DNA of 64,000 nt from contig NC_086110.1 in assembly GCF_963921235.1 (NCBI RefSeq), positions 37,944,001-38,008,000 of the forward strand. The letters run 5' to 3'. A model generated the notes under the pieces. It did not search any database, was not told the DNA's origin, and worked only from the letters and a program-made list of their open reading frames with translations. Of the stretch, positions 38,901 through 51,293 are shown in pieces (position 1 is the first letter of the stretch; each line of letters opens with the position of its first letter). The stretch is from Mobula hypostoma. Its lineage: Eukaryota. A program made the position numbers and the translations under genes.

Positions 38901-39973
38901 AGACAGAACACTCTGGTCTTAGAAATGCCTTTGGAGCCTGTTCCAGCTTCATGCATCTCTTCAGTTCTAAGGTCCTCCTGAAGGTTGTTTTGAATGAGGC
39001 TTGGTGCACATAAATGGATCTCTTGAGAAGAGCAGGCTCTGTCAGTAATCTGACTTTCGTCAATAGGGCAGCAGACCGCTACAACCCACACCTCAAATCT
39101 CATCTCATTGACTGGAACACACAGATCACTTTTGTAGAAGGCATTATCCCAGAGGTTCACATACTTCTTTGAACTTAAGCAATTGTACCTTGCCAATACT
39201 GAGTACACCATTTAAGCAATCAGTCTGAGTGTTAGTTTAGACATATTGTTTGTCAATTATTGTGACTTGGATGAAGATCAGACCACTGAGTGAGTAATGC
39301 AGAAAACAGGTCATTGCAAAGGGTTCACAAAGTTTTTCTTGGAACTCTATTTGCTTGTCCTGTAATTTTCAATTAACTAGATCTTTAATTCTGTTCTGAA
39401 CAAATGTGTAATTCAAATGTTGAGATAAGTGTTGGGTAATTCCTGTCTAGGTTTTGTTCTGAAGTGAGCCAAGAATAAAAGCCAGTCAGTAACTAAAATG
39501 GTAGCCTGGAAGAACTTTTCAGTGAGCTTGGCCGAAATGATACATGTACTCATGGATGTTTAAACCACCATTACGTTGAAGAGAAGATGTGTGATAGATC
39601 TGAATATCACAAATTTACCTGTAAATTTTGGATCCTACTATTTGCTAATGAGTTGTTTGTTGCTTGCATTACAATACTGACTACATTGAGTATTTCTAAA
39701 GTATTATCAAAAGCAGGGAGTTGTTGAACACCTGACATGTACCCATTTCGGCAGGCCATCAAATGCAATAAATTTAGATCTTTAAAGTAAACTTTCCTTC
39801 AGGCAACACTGTTTTTGTTGCATTTTTATCATTTTTTTTGTTGCCTTTTTTTTAAGGATAAAGCTCACTCTAAACAAGCACTGCTATTGGAACAAAGCTC
39901 ACCTCTACCTTCTGGAATTTTAACTCCACCACAAAGCAGCAAGAAACAAAACAACTGGTGTGAGTCCTTGTGA
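29930..39973 (+). CDS. CCNE1: G1/S-specific cyclin E1, 11 coding exons, 408 aa
   Basis: join 29930-29943, 30055-30139, 30224-30283, 33578-33744, 33867-34002, 34498-34644, 34729-34824, 35016-35150, 37167-37278, 37362-37519, 39857-39973 = 1227 nt, all GT-AG. Contains the [18 protein letters not shown], cyclin box [47 protein letters not shown] and C-terminal [15 protein letters not shown]. Adjacency to URI1 supports E1 rather than E2. Confidence 0.96.
35440..36320 (+). mobile_element. Degenerate Penelope-like element in a CCNE1 intron
   Basis: [14 protein letters not shown] peptide, CTGGGTAGCCTCCAACCTGA, terminal TAGATGCTGCCTGACTTGCTGAG. Confidence 0.75.
37614..39347 (-). mobile_element. Degenerate Tc1-like transposon filling the last CCNE1 intron
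   Basis: Inverted ends GCAAGAAAATTGTAAACCCTTTGCAATTACCTG and CAGGTCATTGCAAAGGGTTCACAAAGTTTTTCTTG; internal CCACCATGCTTCACAG (VKHGG) and other Tc1 landmarks. Confidence 0.8.
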
Positions 39974-40350
39974 AATCAAATTGCAACTATGGTTTAGTGG
40001 GTGAATTTTTCCTTGCTGGAAATCTGAATACAGCTTGATGCAGAGAAGATGGGACTTGATTTGTGTAATATTGAATGCTGACGACAGCCAGGAATTTTAC
40101 TTGCATTCTTCTGATGGCATTGTCACTTAATTCTGGATGTTAAAAGTATCTACTTGTTTTTAATACACATTTTTATACCTGTTATAGCCAAAAACTCCAA
40201 CCAAATAAGGAGTACTTTGAGTAATCCTGAATGCTGCTAAGGAGGGTGGCTCTCTAAAATAAACAGTGAGGTCATAGATTGATTTATGAAATGTTTATGA
40301 ACTTTAAGCTGCTATGTTTATTTTAAATAAAGGTACATCTACATTATTTG
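39974..40350 (+). promoter_or_regulatory. CCNE1 3'UTR with miR-15/16 seed sites and two AATAAA signals
   Basis: TGCTGCTA 40232-40239, GCTGCTA 40308-40314, AATAAA 40258-40263 and 40326-40331. Confidence 0.65.
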
Positions 40351-42229
40351 CCCTGTCCCATGTGTAATGTTAAAAAAGGTGACTAGCTATGCAGAAGATG
40401 GAACAAGCAGGAAGCAGTAGCTCTTGATGATCTTCATGCAACAGAGGGATAGCAAATGCTGAAATTCGGATGCTGAAGTCTTTTCCTTAAATCCAGATGG
40501 CATGTGGTCATATACAGGTTTCTAAGAGTAACTGTGTAGGACAGTATAAAATTATGGAAGTTTGTTAGAAAGGTGTGGTATTAATCAGTGGATAGTTTCA
40601 ATCTCAAGATTAAAAATGAGCAAAGGTATCTGGATGGTGTTTGATTCTTGATATTTTATTAGAACAGCATATGTCACAGCTAATTAAAGGAAATACTAAG
40701 ACCTGTAAGATTAAATAGCCTCATTTGAATGTTGTCTTTGAGGGAGAAGAATAGGTTTAAGATTAGTATTTTAGACTTGAGGGCAATTGTAAGAGTGTGA
40801 AAATGGAGCTAAAGGGAGATGCAGCATGCAAGGGGATTCTTTAAATGCTGGATGGAAAGGAGGGGCTAAACGGAATAACCAGCAAAAACTGCATGAAAGA
40901 CTTTTTGACTATATTTATCTTGTACTCCAGTTTTTTGGAGTTGGAGCCAGGAAAGCTATGATTAGAAAAAGTTGGCAGAATGAATTGAGCATTTTGCTTT
41001 GGTTTTCAAAGATAAGATGTGGGATGCGGAAGGACTGAAAATTACAATCATCTTACCAAAGTATTGAAACTGGGGGCCTGGTGAGTCACTGCTGAGGCCC
41101 TTCATCCCTGGGGACTTAAGTGAATAGTGAGACAGTTGATGCATCAGTTTTAAAACTCTAGATGTAAGGAAGGTTCTATTACATTATAAAATCACTCATG
41201 CTTTATTTGCATAAAGCACTTCTGAGGGAAGGAGAAACTAGAGGTGTAGTCCATACTGGATATGGAGGAAACACAATCTATGTGCTCCTGTATTTTTAAA
41301 ACAATGTTCAACTAAGTGGCATTTTTTGGTGGGGGAAGAGAGGGTATCTTTAAGGAAGTTGGCTCAAAGGCAGTGTAGGTGCAGCTACTGGCTATTCTTA
41401 AGGCAGAAGCCTACAAAATCCAGGGACTGAATGGTGGTATTAGTTGCAAAACCCAACTCGGGTTCCTGATTTGTATGCTTCAGAATCAGACTTGATTATC
41501 ACTGACATAGGTTGTGAAATTTGCTATTCTTTCAGCTACCTAAACCTCTAACTCAGTCACCACCAAAAATTCCTTTCTTAGAAACATTGTTCATCTCTCC
41601 TTTCCTCAATTCCTTTAATGTATTAATCTTTAATTTTCAACCACCTTCAAATCACTTTACATGCCTGTTTTGCTTTCTCAAACACTAATCTTCCTTGCTG
41701 ATTTAAATCAATGTTTATCCTCGGGTTCTAATTCTAATAGCTTTGATAGTTTTTACAAAATATTACCCAAATCTTAATTGAATTATACCCACCTATTTAT
41801 TAACACTAGCCTAATCACAGGATAATTGGTCATTGTAAATTGTCCTAACTGGACTGGAGGAGAAAACTAAAACGGCTAAAGGAAACTGGCGTGGTCACAG
41901 GGAGAATATATATAAACTCCTTCAAAATGGTTTTGGAACTGAGCTGCGCTGTACCATGGTGTCCCTGACCAAAGTTAATACACCTAATCTGATCATCATA
42001 GTCACTACCTCTCATTGAATTGTCTTCAGTTTTAAATTGACCACAGCATTCTCCAACACCCTCTATGATCTGCTTATTCAATTTCAGTTGGATTTCAGGA
42101 TCACTAGGTTCTGGCACCCTGGTCCAAGGATTTTGTTAAAATTAGAACTAGAGCATAGTCGTTTTTGAATAGTTTCAATTTTGCAGAGTTCCTACCAGAT
42201 GGACTTGACAGCACACTAGGTCCAAACGC

Positions 42230-42795
42230 AAAAATGCTCAAGACATTTCAATTAGACACTAGTTAAATGTAGACATACACAAATTCACACATTGATGCAT
42301 TTTGAACAAATAAACTCATTGATTTTCCCATGCTTTAGCTTTCCCTCAGTCTCTAAATGCACTTTTAGAGCCTGACGCACACCTCTCCCAAAATGTAACT
42401 CACACGTCGCAGCAACACAGACCGCAACAGCTGTGATTGGTCTGCTTGGTAGCATCGCATTTCCTCCTGCGCTGCAATAGCTTCCTATTGGCCAACTGAA
42501 GGGCAGGGAAGGAACTCTGGCTGCAATGCTTTCCATAAAGCTTTACAGACCTCCGAAATTATGGAGGGCACATTTCACTTTTATGAATAAAGATACTCGC
42601 TTTAAACTTGTTTACCCTGAGAAAGAGTACCATGACCATGAAGCCTTGCGTGGGCAGGTGTGTGCACATGCGTGACGCGCCCGAATTGCAGAGCAATGCA
42701 GACACACCAATGCACACGTATAAATGCTCACAACGCACGCAAGCCATTTGCGTAGGCTACGGTGTCCATTTGACGCACAAGTATAAATCAGCCTT
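42230..42795. mobile_element. Possible Harbinger-type non-autonomous DNA transposon fragment
   Basis: Right end TGACGCACAAGTATAAATCAGCCTT resembles fish Harbinger-N termini; CpG-retaining body; left end not found. Confidence 0.4.
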
Positions 42796-43789
42796 TAGTC
42801 CTAATGCAGATCAGGGTACTGAATTTCAGACAAGTACCTGTAACATCAGGCACACTACTTTGTGTAACACCAATGAATGAAATAGTTGATAATTGGAGTA
42901 ATACTCTACACAGAGAGAGATGATTTGAGATGGTTAGAGTCAATCATTCCAGCCTTAGGACAGCACTGCACGATTTGTTCATGAGCTTCCATCCATTTTA
43001 GTCACTCATGATTGCATTATATTCTATTCTCAAAATATACCAGCATATGAAGGAAGACCTAAATAATATCCAGACACAGACTGATAAGTGGCAAGTAACA
43101 TGTCTCCTATCAAAGTGCTAAATGTTAATGATCTTCAACTGTGTGAACATTTACTAATTTTTACATCAATATCATCATTCATCTGCCCAATCATCAACAT
43201 TCTGTGATTCACCACTGAGCAGGAACTCAACTATCTCAGGCCAAATAAATACTATTCCTACAAATGTAAAGCAGGCTTCACTTCTGCAGTAAGTGACTTA
43301 TTTTCAATAAGGAATTTAGAAAACTTAGCAGTTTTGTAAGCTCTCTGAGATATTGCATGTGTCTAGGCAGGTTATGGACATAATGTACTTCACTTTTTTT
43401 TGGAAAAGAAATGATCGATGCTTCAAATTCTAGATTAAAAAAAGAACATTTCCTTGACATTGACATCAATGCCCATTTCTCTATCATAACAACATTATTC
43501 AAATTCTGAAAGTTGACTTCCCCGACACCCTTTTTCCCACAACAAACCCTAAAATACACATTTTGTTTGGCATTATGGATTTTTATTATGTTAATATATA
43601 CAGTAATAGGTGCTGACTGTGTTAATTTGTCTGCATTGAGCCTTACCTGCAAGCAGTCTACTTGCAGCAACCAGGTCTAGAAGGCTGGGGAAAAAGTGAG
43701 TGAAGGGATAGTTTAGTTCAAAAATTTGAGATAGTGAAACAAATCTGTCTTTTCATTCTAACCATTTTATGCTTGAACCAATTCCACGA

Positions 43790-44030
43790 TACAAGAGAAA
43801 ACATTGTGGCCAGTGAGTCCATGCTGATCATAGTGCTCACCCAGGTAGCTACAATTTCCCACATTCAGTCCCACCCCACCATGTACCTATCCAAATGCTT
43901 CTTGCATGTTACTATAGTACCTGCCTCAACCACTTCTTTTGGCAGCTCATTCCACATAATCACCACCCTCTGTGAAATAGTTGCCCTTCAGGTGCCTTTT
44001 AAATCCATGCCCTCCAGTTTTGAACTCTCT
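43790..44030 (-). mobile_element. CR1 3' fragment
   Basis: CATGTACCTATCCAAATGC...GGCAGCTCATTCC...CACCACCCTCTGTG motif. Confidence 0.7.
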
Positions 44031-45344
44031 TGGGGGGGGAATGCTGCTACCATTCACCTGCAGTCATCTTGAAATTAATTGTAGCAATCACAGTGGGGCA
44101 CATTTTGTGAATTTACAGTGGGCTTGACAGCCAAACAACTGTCATTTATACAGTTTGAGATTGATAATGCAGAGATTAATATTAAAATTCTGATATGCTA
44201 TTGTAATTGAGTCATAAAAAATGTTAGCAGGGCTTTTTTGCCATATTAAAGAACAAATAAAGAAATATTACACTGGACAACTTCTCCCTGAGAAAAGCCA
44301 GCATGGATTAATGCAGGAACTTGCCTGAGGAACTAAAATTAATAATGATAGCAACAACAGGCATATTGTTATGCAACAAATGTTATTTATATGGACATCA
44401 ATAAAGTTCAGCATATCTGAAGCAAAACTTGGGGAATTTAAAGCAATTTATAACTCTGATCAGGAAACTTTCTGAGACAGGAGAAAAAGGAATAATAAGT
44501 AGATAGGTAATCGATTCAGCAAGTTCCGTTCTGCATTAGGAATAAATATTCGGTTATTCAACCATATTTCTCGACAACTTAGATCTTATAATAGCCTCAC
44601 AACGCTCTAGCCCGAAACGTCAGCGAGATTAACGAGCTGGTTGTTGACCTAACGAAACGGGGCGGGGCGGGGCGTCTGTCTCCTCTTTAATGGAAATGCT
44701 ATCCTTAAGTTCTTGGTAACTATACAACCAGCAACCTCATCCGGTCCCTCTTTTTATTCTACAATCATTTTCCCTTCAGAATCATACAAATAAAACTGCA
44801 TGCATACAAATTTGTATAGGGCATCACAGCCTTTTGAACAAGGACGTCAAGTTCTTTCCTTGATTGGGAGTGATATAGGTATTAACAATTTAAATAAAAA
44901 TATCTATTACTTTTCCCGTGTTGTGTCTTTATGCTTCTTACAGAAGTGGGTATGCCCCCCCCACCCTACAGTCTAGTTTTTACTCCCCTTGCAAGGGAAA
45001 AAAACAAGACATTGATCGAAGATCACGGGCAGAAAAATCCGACAAAGCTGCTGCAAAGAATAAATTAGAACATTTAACGCAAATTATTCCTCGGCGAACG
45101 CGACAGGAGACGGGCAACAGGATGGCGGAGCTGTCCGAGCTCGTTGACAATAAACTGCTTGCAGCAGCAACTGGACCTGTGCAGCAATGCGGGACTACAA
45201 ATGCCGGAATCTGGAATAACACGCAAAGCACTGGAGTAACTCAGCATCTATGGAATGAAGTGGACACTCCAGATGATGAATCTTGAGATGTCGACTACTT
45301 CCATCCATAGATGCTGCGAGTTCCTCCAACGCTTTTGTGTGCTG

Positions 45345-45793
45345 CCCCTTAAAACATAAGCCCCACTACAGAGGTCCCGCCCCCTTCCAACCGATGCCAC
45401 CTCCAAGGCTGATCCATCGTCTCGCACTCCAAACCTTAGCCTCAATTCTAAAGGCTTTTACCTTGGCGTGCTCTTTGTGCTGTGAGCAAGACAGCTTGTG
45501 GGCAGGCGGTGCTGCGAGTCCGCCATTTCCTTTAGGCCAGGCCTAGCAGCCGATGCACAAACACTCACCGACTGGGAGTCCTAAAGACATGTCTGTGTAT
45601 GGGAAAACTGTGGCCGCGGAAATCCTCACATACATAGAGAGAGCAGACGTTTTCATCCGCACATTAACACATTTCACACTTGCATTATGATCCCACCGGC
45701 TCCAGCCCAGCTCTGACAAGGAATCCCTGGGTCTCAGCAACGCCCGCAACTCTGCGCCATGTTCCTCGCCCGGTGAATGCCGGGAGCACACGC
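45345..45793 (-). pseudogene. Inverted partial duplicate of URI1 promoter/5' leader/exon 1/intron start (frameshifted)
   Basis: The reverse complement aligns to 51682-~52168, with a 40-nt identical block GCGTGTGCTCCCGGCATTCACCGGGCGAGGAACATGGCGC. ATGGCGGACTCGCAG is retained at 45526 and the donor AGAGCACGCCAAG|GTAAA at 45462. The ATG-to-donor distance is 65 nt versus 81 nt, so it is out of frame. Confidence 0.9.
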
Positions 45794-45814
45794 GCAATCC
45801 GTTTCCCCGCTGTT

Positions 45815-48800
45815 CCATCCACCTCCCTCCTCTCCGCTGCTCCGTCCACCTCCCGCCTCTCCGCTGCTCCGTCCACCTCCCGCCTCTCCGCTGCTCCGTC
45901 CACCTCCCGCCTCTCCGCTGCTCCGTCCACCTCCCGCCTCTCCGCACTCCTCTCCATCCACCTCCCTCATTTCCATCCACCTTCCGCCTCCCTGCACTCC
46001 TCCATCCACCTTCCGCCTCTCTGCACACCTCCATCAACCTCCTTCCTGTCTGCACTCCTCCATCCACTTCCCGCCTCCCTGCACTCCTCCATCCACCTCC
46101 CTCCTCTCTGCACTCCTCCATCCACCTCCTTCCTGTCTGCACTCCTCCATCCACTTCCCGCCTCCCTGCACTCCTCCATCCACCTCCCTCCTCTCCATCC
46201 ACCTCCCTCATTTCCATCCACCTCCCTCCTCTCTGCACTCCTCCATCCACCTCCTTCCTGTCTGCACTCCTCCATCCACTTCCCGCCTCCCTGCACTCCT
46301 CCATCCACCTCCCTCCTCTCCATCCACCTCCCTCATTTCCATCCACCTCCCTCCTCTCTGCACTCCTCCATCCACCTCCTTCCTGTCTGCACTCCTCCAT
46401 CCACTTCCCGCCTCCCTGCACTCCTCCATCCACCTCCCTCCTCTCCATCCACCTCCCTCATTTCCATCCACCTCCCGCCTCTCCGCACTCCTCTCCATCC
46501 ACCTCCCTCCTCTCCGCACTCCTCCATCCACCTCCTTCCTGACTGCACTCCTCCATCCACTTCCCGCCTCCCTGCACTCCTCCATCCACCTCCCTCCTCT
46601 CCATCCACCTCCCTCATTTCCATCCACCTCCCGCCTCTCCGCACTCCTCTCCATCCACCTCCCTCCTCTCCGCACTCCTCTCCATCCACCTCCCTCCTCT
46701 CCGCACTCCTCTCCATCCACCTCCCTCCTCTCTGCACTCCTCCATCCACCTCCCGCCTCTCTGAACTCCTCTCCATCCACCTCCTGCCTCACTGCACTCC
46801 TCCATCTACCTCCCTCCTCTCTGCACTCCTCCATCCACCTCCCTCCTCTCTGCACTCCTCCATCCACCTCCCTCCTCCCTGCACTCCTCTCCATCCACCT
46901 CCCTCCTCTCTGCACTCCTCTCCATCCACCTCCCACCTCTCTGCACTCCTCCATCCACCTCCCTCCTCTCTGCACTCCTCTCTATCCACCTCCCTCCTCT
47001 CTGAACTCCTCTCCATCCACCTCCCGCCTCTGCACTCCTCCCTCCACCTCCCTCCTCTCCATCCATCTCCCATCTCTCTGCACTCCTCCATCCACTTCCC
47101 TCCTCTCCACACTCCTCTCCATCCACCTCCCGCCTCTCTGCACTCCTCCATCCACTCTCTGCACTCCTCCATCCACTCTCTGCACTCCTCTCCATCCACC
47201 TCCCTCCTCTCCGCACTCCTCCATCCACCTCCCTCCTCCCTGCACTCCTCTCCATCCACCTCCCTCCTCTCTGCACTCCTGCATCCACTTCCCTCCTCTC
47301 TGCACTCCTCCATCCACCTCCCTCCTCCCTGCACTCCTCCATCCACCTCCCTCCTCCCTGCACTCCTCTCCTTCCACCTCCCGCCTCCCTGCACTCCTCC
47401 ATCACCTCCCTCCTCTCCGCACTCCTCCATCCACCTCCCGCCTCTCTGCACTCCTCCATCCACCTCCCGCCTCTCTGCACTCCTCCATCCACCTCCCTCC
47501 TCTCCGCACTCCTCCATCCACCTCCCTCCTCTCTGCACTCCTCCATCCACCTCCCTCCTCTCTGCACTCCTCCATCCACCTCCCGCCTCTCTGCACTCCT
47601 CCATCCACCTCCCTCCTCTCCGCACTCCTCCATCCACCTCCCGCCTCTCTGCACTCCTCCATCCACCTCCCGCCTCCCTGCACTCCTCCATCACCTCCCT
47701 CCTCTCCGCACTCCTCCATCCACCTCCCGCCTCTCTGCACTCCTCCATCCACCTCCCGCCTCTCTGCACTCCTCCATCCACCTCCCTCCTCTCTGCACTC
47801 CTCCATCCACCTCCCTCCTCTCCGCACTCCTCTCCATCCACTTCCCTCCTCTCTGCACTCCTCCATCCACCTCCCTCCTCTCCGCACTCCTCCATCCACC
47901 TCCCGCCTCTCTGCACTCCTCCATCCACCTCCCGCCTCTCTGCACTCCTCCATCCACCTCCCTCCTCTCCGCACTCCTCCATCCACCTCCTCTCTGCACT
48001 CCTCCATCCACCTCCCTCCTCTCTGCACTCCTCCATCAACCTCCCGCCTCTCTGCACTCCTCCATCCACCTCCCTCCTCTCCGCACTCCTCCATCCACCT
48101 CCCGCCTCTCTGCACTCCTCCATCCACCTCCCGCCTCCCTGCACTCCTCCATCACCTCCCTCCTCTCCGCACTCCTCCATCCACCTCCCGCCTCTCTGCA
48201 CTCCTCCATCCACCTCCCTCCTCTCTGCACTCCTCCATCCACCTCCCTCCTCTCTGCACTCCTCTCCATCCACTTCCCTCCTCTCTGCACTCCTCCATCA
48301 CCTCCCTCCTCTCCGCACTCCTCCATCCACCTCCCTCTTCTCTGCACTCCTCCATCAACCTCCCGCCTCTCTGCACTCCTCCATCCACCTCCCTCCTCTC
48401 CATCCACCTCCCGCCTCTCTGCACTCCTCCATCCACCTCCCTCCTCTCCGCACTCCTCCATCCACCTCCCGCCTCTCTGCACTCCTCTCTATCCACCTCC
48501 CGCCTCTCTGCACTCCTCCATCCACCTCCCGCCTCTCTGCACTCCTCCATCACCTCCCTCCTCTCCGCACTCCTCCATCCACCTCCCGCCTCTCCGCACT
48601 CCTCCATCCACCTCCCGCCTCTCCGCACTCCTCCATCCACCTCCCTCCTCTCCATCCACCTCCCGCCTCTCTGCACTCCTCCATCCACCTCCCTCCTCTC
48701 CGCACTCCTCCATCCACCTCCCGCCTCTCTGCACTCCTCTCTATCCACCTCCCGCCTCTCTGCACTCCTCCATCCACCTCCCGCCTCTCTGCACTCCTCC

Positions 48801-49850
48801 ATCACCTCCCTCCTCTCCGCACTCCTCCATCCACCTCCCGCCTCTCCGCACTCCTCCATCCACCTCCCGCCTCTCCGCACTCCTCCATCCACCTCCCGCC
48901 TCTCTGCACTCCTCCATCCACCTCCCGCCTCTCTGCACTCCTCCATCCACCTCCCGCCTCTCTGCACTCCTCCCTCCTCCCTGCACTCCTCTCCTTCCAC
49001 CTCCCGCCTCCCTGCACTCCTCCATCACCTCCCTCCTCTCCGCACTCCTCCATCCACCTCCCTCCTCTCCGCACTCCTCCATCCACCTCCCGCCTCTCCG
49101 CACTCCTCCATCCGCTTCCCTCCTCTCTGCACTCCTCTCTATCCACCTCCCTCCTCTCTGCGCTCCGCCATCCACCTCCCGCCTCTCTGCACTCCTCCAT
49201 CCACTCTCTGCACTCCTCTCCATCCACTTCCCTCCTCTCTGCACTCCTCCATCCACCTCCCTCCTCTCCATCCACCTCCCTTCTCTCTGCACCTCCTCTC
49301 CATCCACCTCCCTCCTCTCTGCACTCCTCTCCATCCACCTCCCTCCTCTCTGCACTCCTCCATCCACCTCCCTCCTCTCCACACTCCTACATCCACCTCC
49401 CGCCTCTCCGCACTCCTCCATCCACCTCCCTCCTCTCTGCACTCCTCTCCATCCACCTCCCGCCTCTCTGCACTCCTCCATCCACCTCCCTCCTCTCTGC
49501 ACTCCTCTCCATCCACCTCCCGCCTCTCTGCACTCCTCCATCCACCTCCCTCCTCTCTGCACTCCTCTCTATCCACCTCCCGCCTCTCTGCACTCCTCTC
49601 TATCCACCTCCCTCCTCTCTGCACTCCTCTCCATCCACCTCCCGCCTCCCTGCACTCCTCTCCATCCACCTCCTTCCTCCCTGCACTCCACCTCCCTCCT
49701 CTCTGCACTCCTCCATCCACCTCCCTCCTCCCTGCACTCCTCTCCATCCACCTCCTTCCTCCCTGCACTCCACCTCCCTCCTCTCTGCACTCCTCCATCC
49801 ACCTCCCTCCTCCCTGCACTCCTCTCCATCCACCTCCCTTCTCTCTGCAC
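45815..49850. repeat. ~4-kb minisatellite, ~29-bp unit CCATCCACCTCCC(T/G)CCTCTC(T/C)GCACTCCT
   Basis: Direct tandem repetition of roughly 140 units with 19/27/28/31-bp variants; 125-bp higher-order period at 46209/46334/46459; extreme C/T versus G/A strand skew. Confidence 0.98.
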
Positions 49851-51293
49851 TAGCCTGCGCTGCTCCCTCCACCTCCTGCTGCTCCCAACTACCTGCCTCA
49901 TTCACCTTGTGCAGCCCCGTTGACTTCTGGGGCTCCCCAGTGTCGTGGCAGCTTCATTGACTCCTGTTGCTCCCTAATTACCCAGCTCTCCATTAATATT
50001 CTGCTGCTTCTCCTTTTTTCCTCTCTCTCGAGGCACTGCCCAGTGCACCTTGTTGCCTGTCTCCATGTGTGACGTGGTGCTCCCTAACTCTTGCTTCTTA
50101 CTAGATGCAACACCCCGTGCCATGAACTGCTCTATGTGTCTAACCACCTGAGGAGATTTCTGTAGTGGGTGTCGCTGCTTCCTCAGTACCCCGTGCTACC
50201 TCTCTCCCTGTTCGTGTGCAATGTGCACCAATGACCATAAATGGCACCTCTACCAGTGCTCTATGCTGCTCTGTAATACTTTGTGTGTTGCCTCACTGAA
50301 TTTTGTCACTGCCCATTTCCTTGTTCTGCCTCTCCCCCATCGTCCAGAACTTTGTGCTATGCAGTACCTTGCCTGCTCTCTGGGATTATACACTACCAAT
50401 TTCTCTGTGTTACTGTGCAGAACCATTCTGCCCAGGGAACCCTGTATTGCTGTCTTGTACCACGTACTCTCTATCCCCAATATTATGCATCATCTCTCCC
50501 CCTATGCCCTGTACTGGCCCTATCTCTGTGCCAGGAGCTTCCCACTTCCCCATGCTGTTTTTTGATTTCAGGACACAATCTCCTTCCCACAGCTTATGCT
50601 GCTTCCTCCCCGGTACTGGGAAGCAAATAAAACTGTGGATGCTGGAACCTGAAACAAAACCATAATTCTGAAAAAAAACCTTCACCCTCAGAATTTGTGG
50701 AAAGAGAAACCAGATGTTTCAGGTTGAAGGTCCTTCAGCAGAACTGAGAGAGATAACGCTGATCTAAGTAGCAGAGAAGCAGGGAAAAGGAAATAGGTGG
50801 AATAAAATGAATATCACACCTTTTTGCTCAGCATCATGTATCACCCTGTTTGCTCAGCACTACATTTATATGTTCATTAACTCCATTAATTGTGCTCCTG
50901 TTCCTCTGGCCGGCAGTCACTCCATATCAGCACTAGGTACTCCTTTGCCGATACGGTACAGCTCTTTGTCCAGTTATATGTGTTTCTCTCTCCCAGGCCT
51001 TGAGCTCTCCCTCCCATGTCCCACAGGTTGCTGCTCCGAGCACACCCTTCTCCAGCAACAGCTGCTGCCACCCCGAGTGCTGCCCCAGTAGGACCTGCTG
51101 ACACTTTCCACTCGCCCAGGGATCACATGCTACTACTCCGTGCTGCCCCAGTACTGTACCATCAGTTACCACAAGCTATTACTCTCTCCTTCAGTACCAC
51201 ATGCTGCTGTACAGTATTGTCTCCTGCCACTCTTGAAAGCTCCCCCAGCATCAGGTGCTACCATTCTCAGCTTTCTCCCCTACCACCTGGTGC

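Noticed and set aside
45540-45793. Duplicated segment as a known structured ncRNA gene (snoRNA/snRNA) pair
   Set aside because: I recognised no box motifs or known RNA family; the homology continues into the URI1 ATG, exon and donor, so it is a URI1 5' duplication.
45680-49960. 1426-aa and 1358-aa ORFs and many overlapping minus-strand ORFs
   Set aside because: The minisatellite unit lacks stop codons, so several frames on both strands are open. Unit lengths are mostly not multiples of 3 and there is no codon-level constraint.
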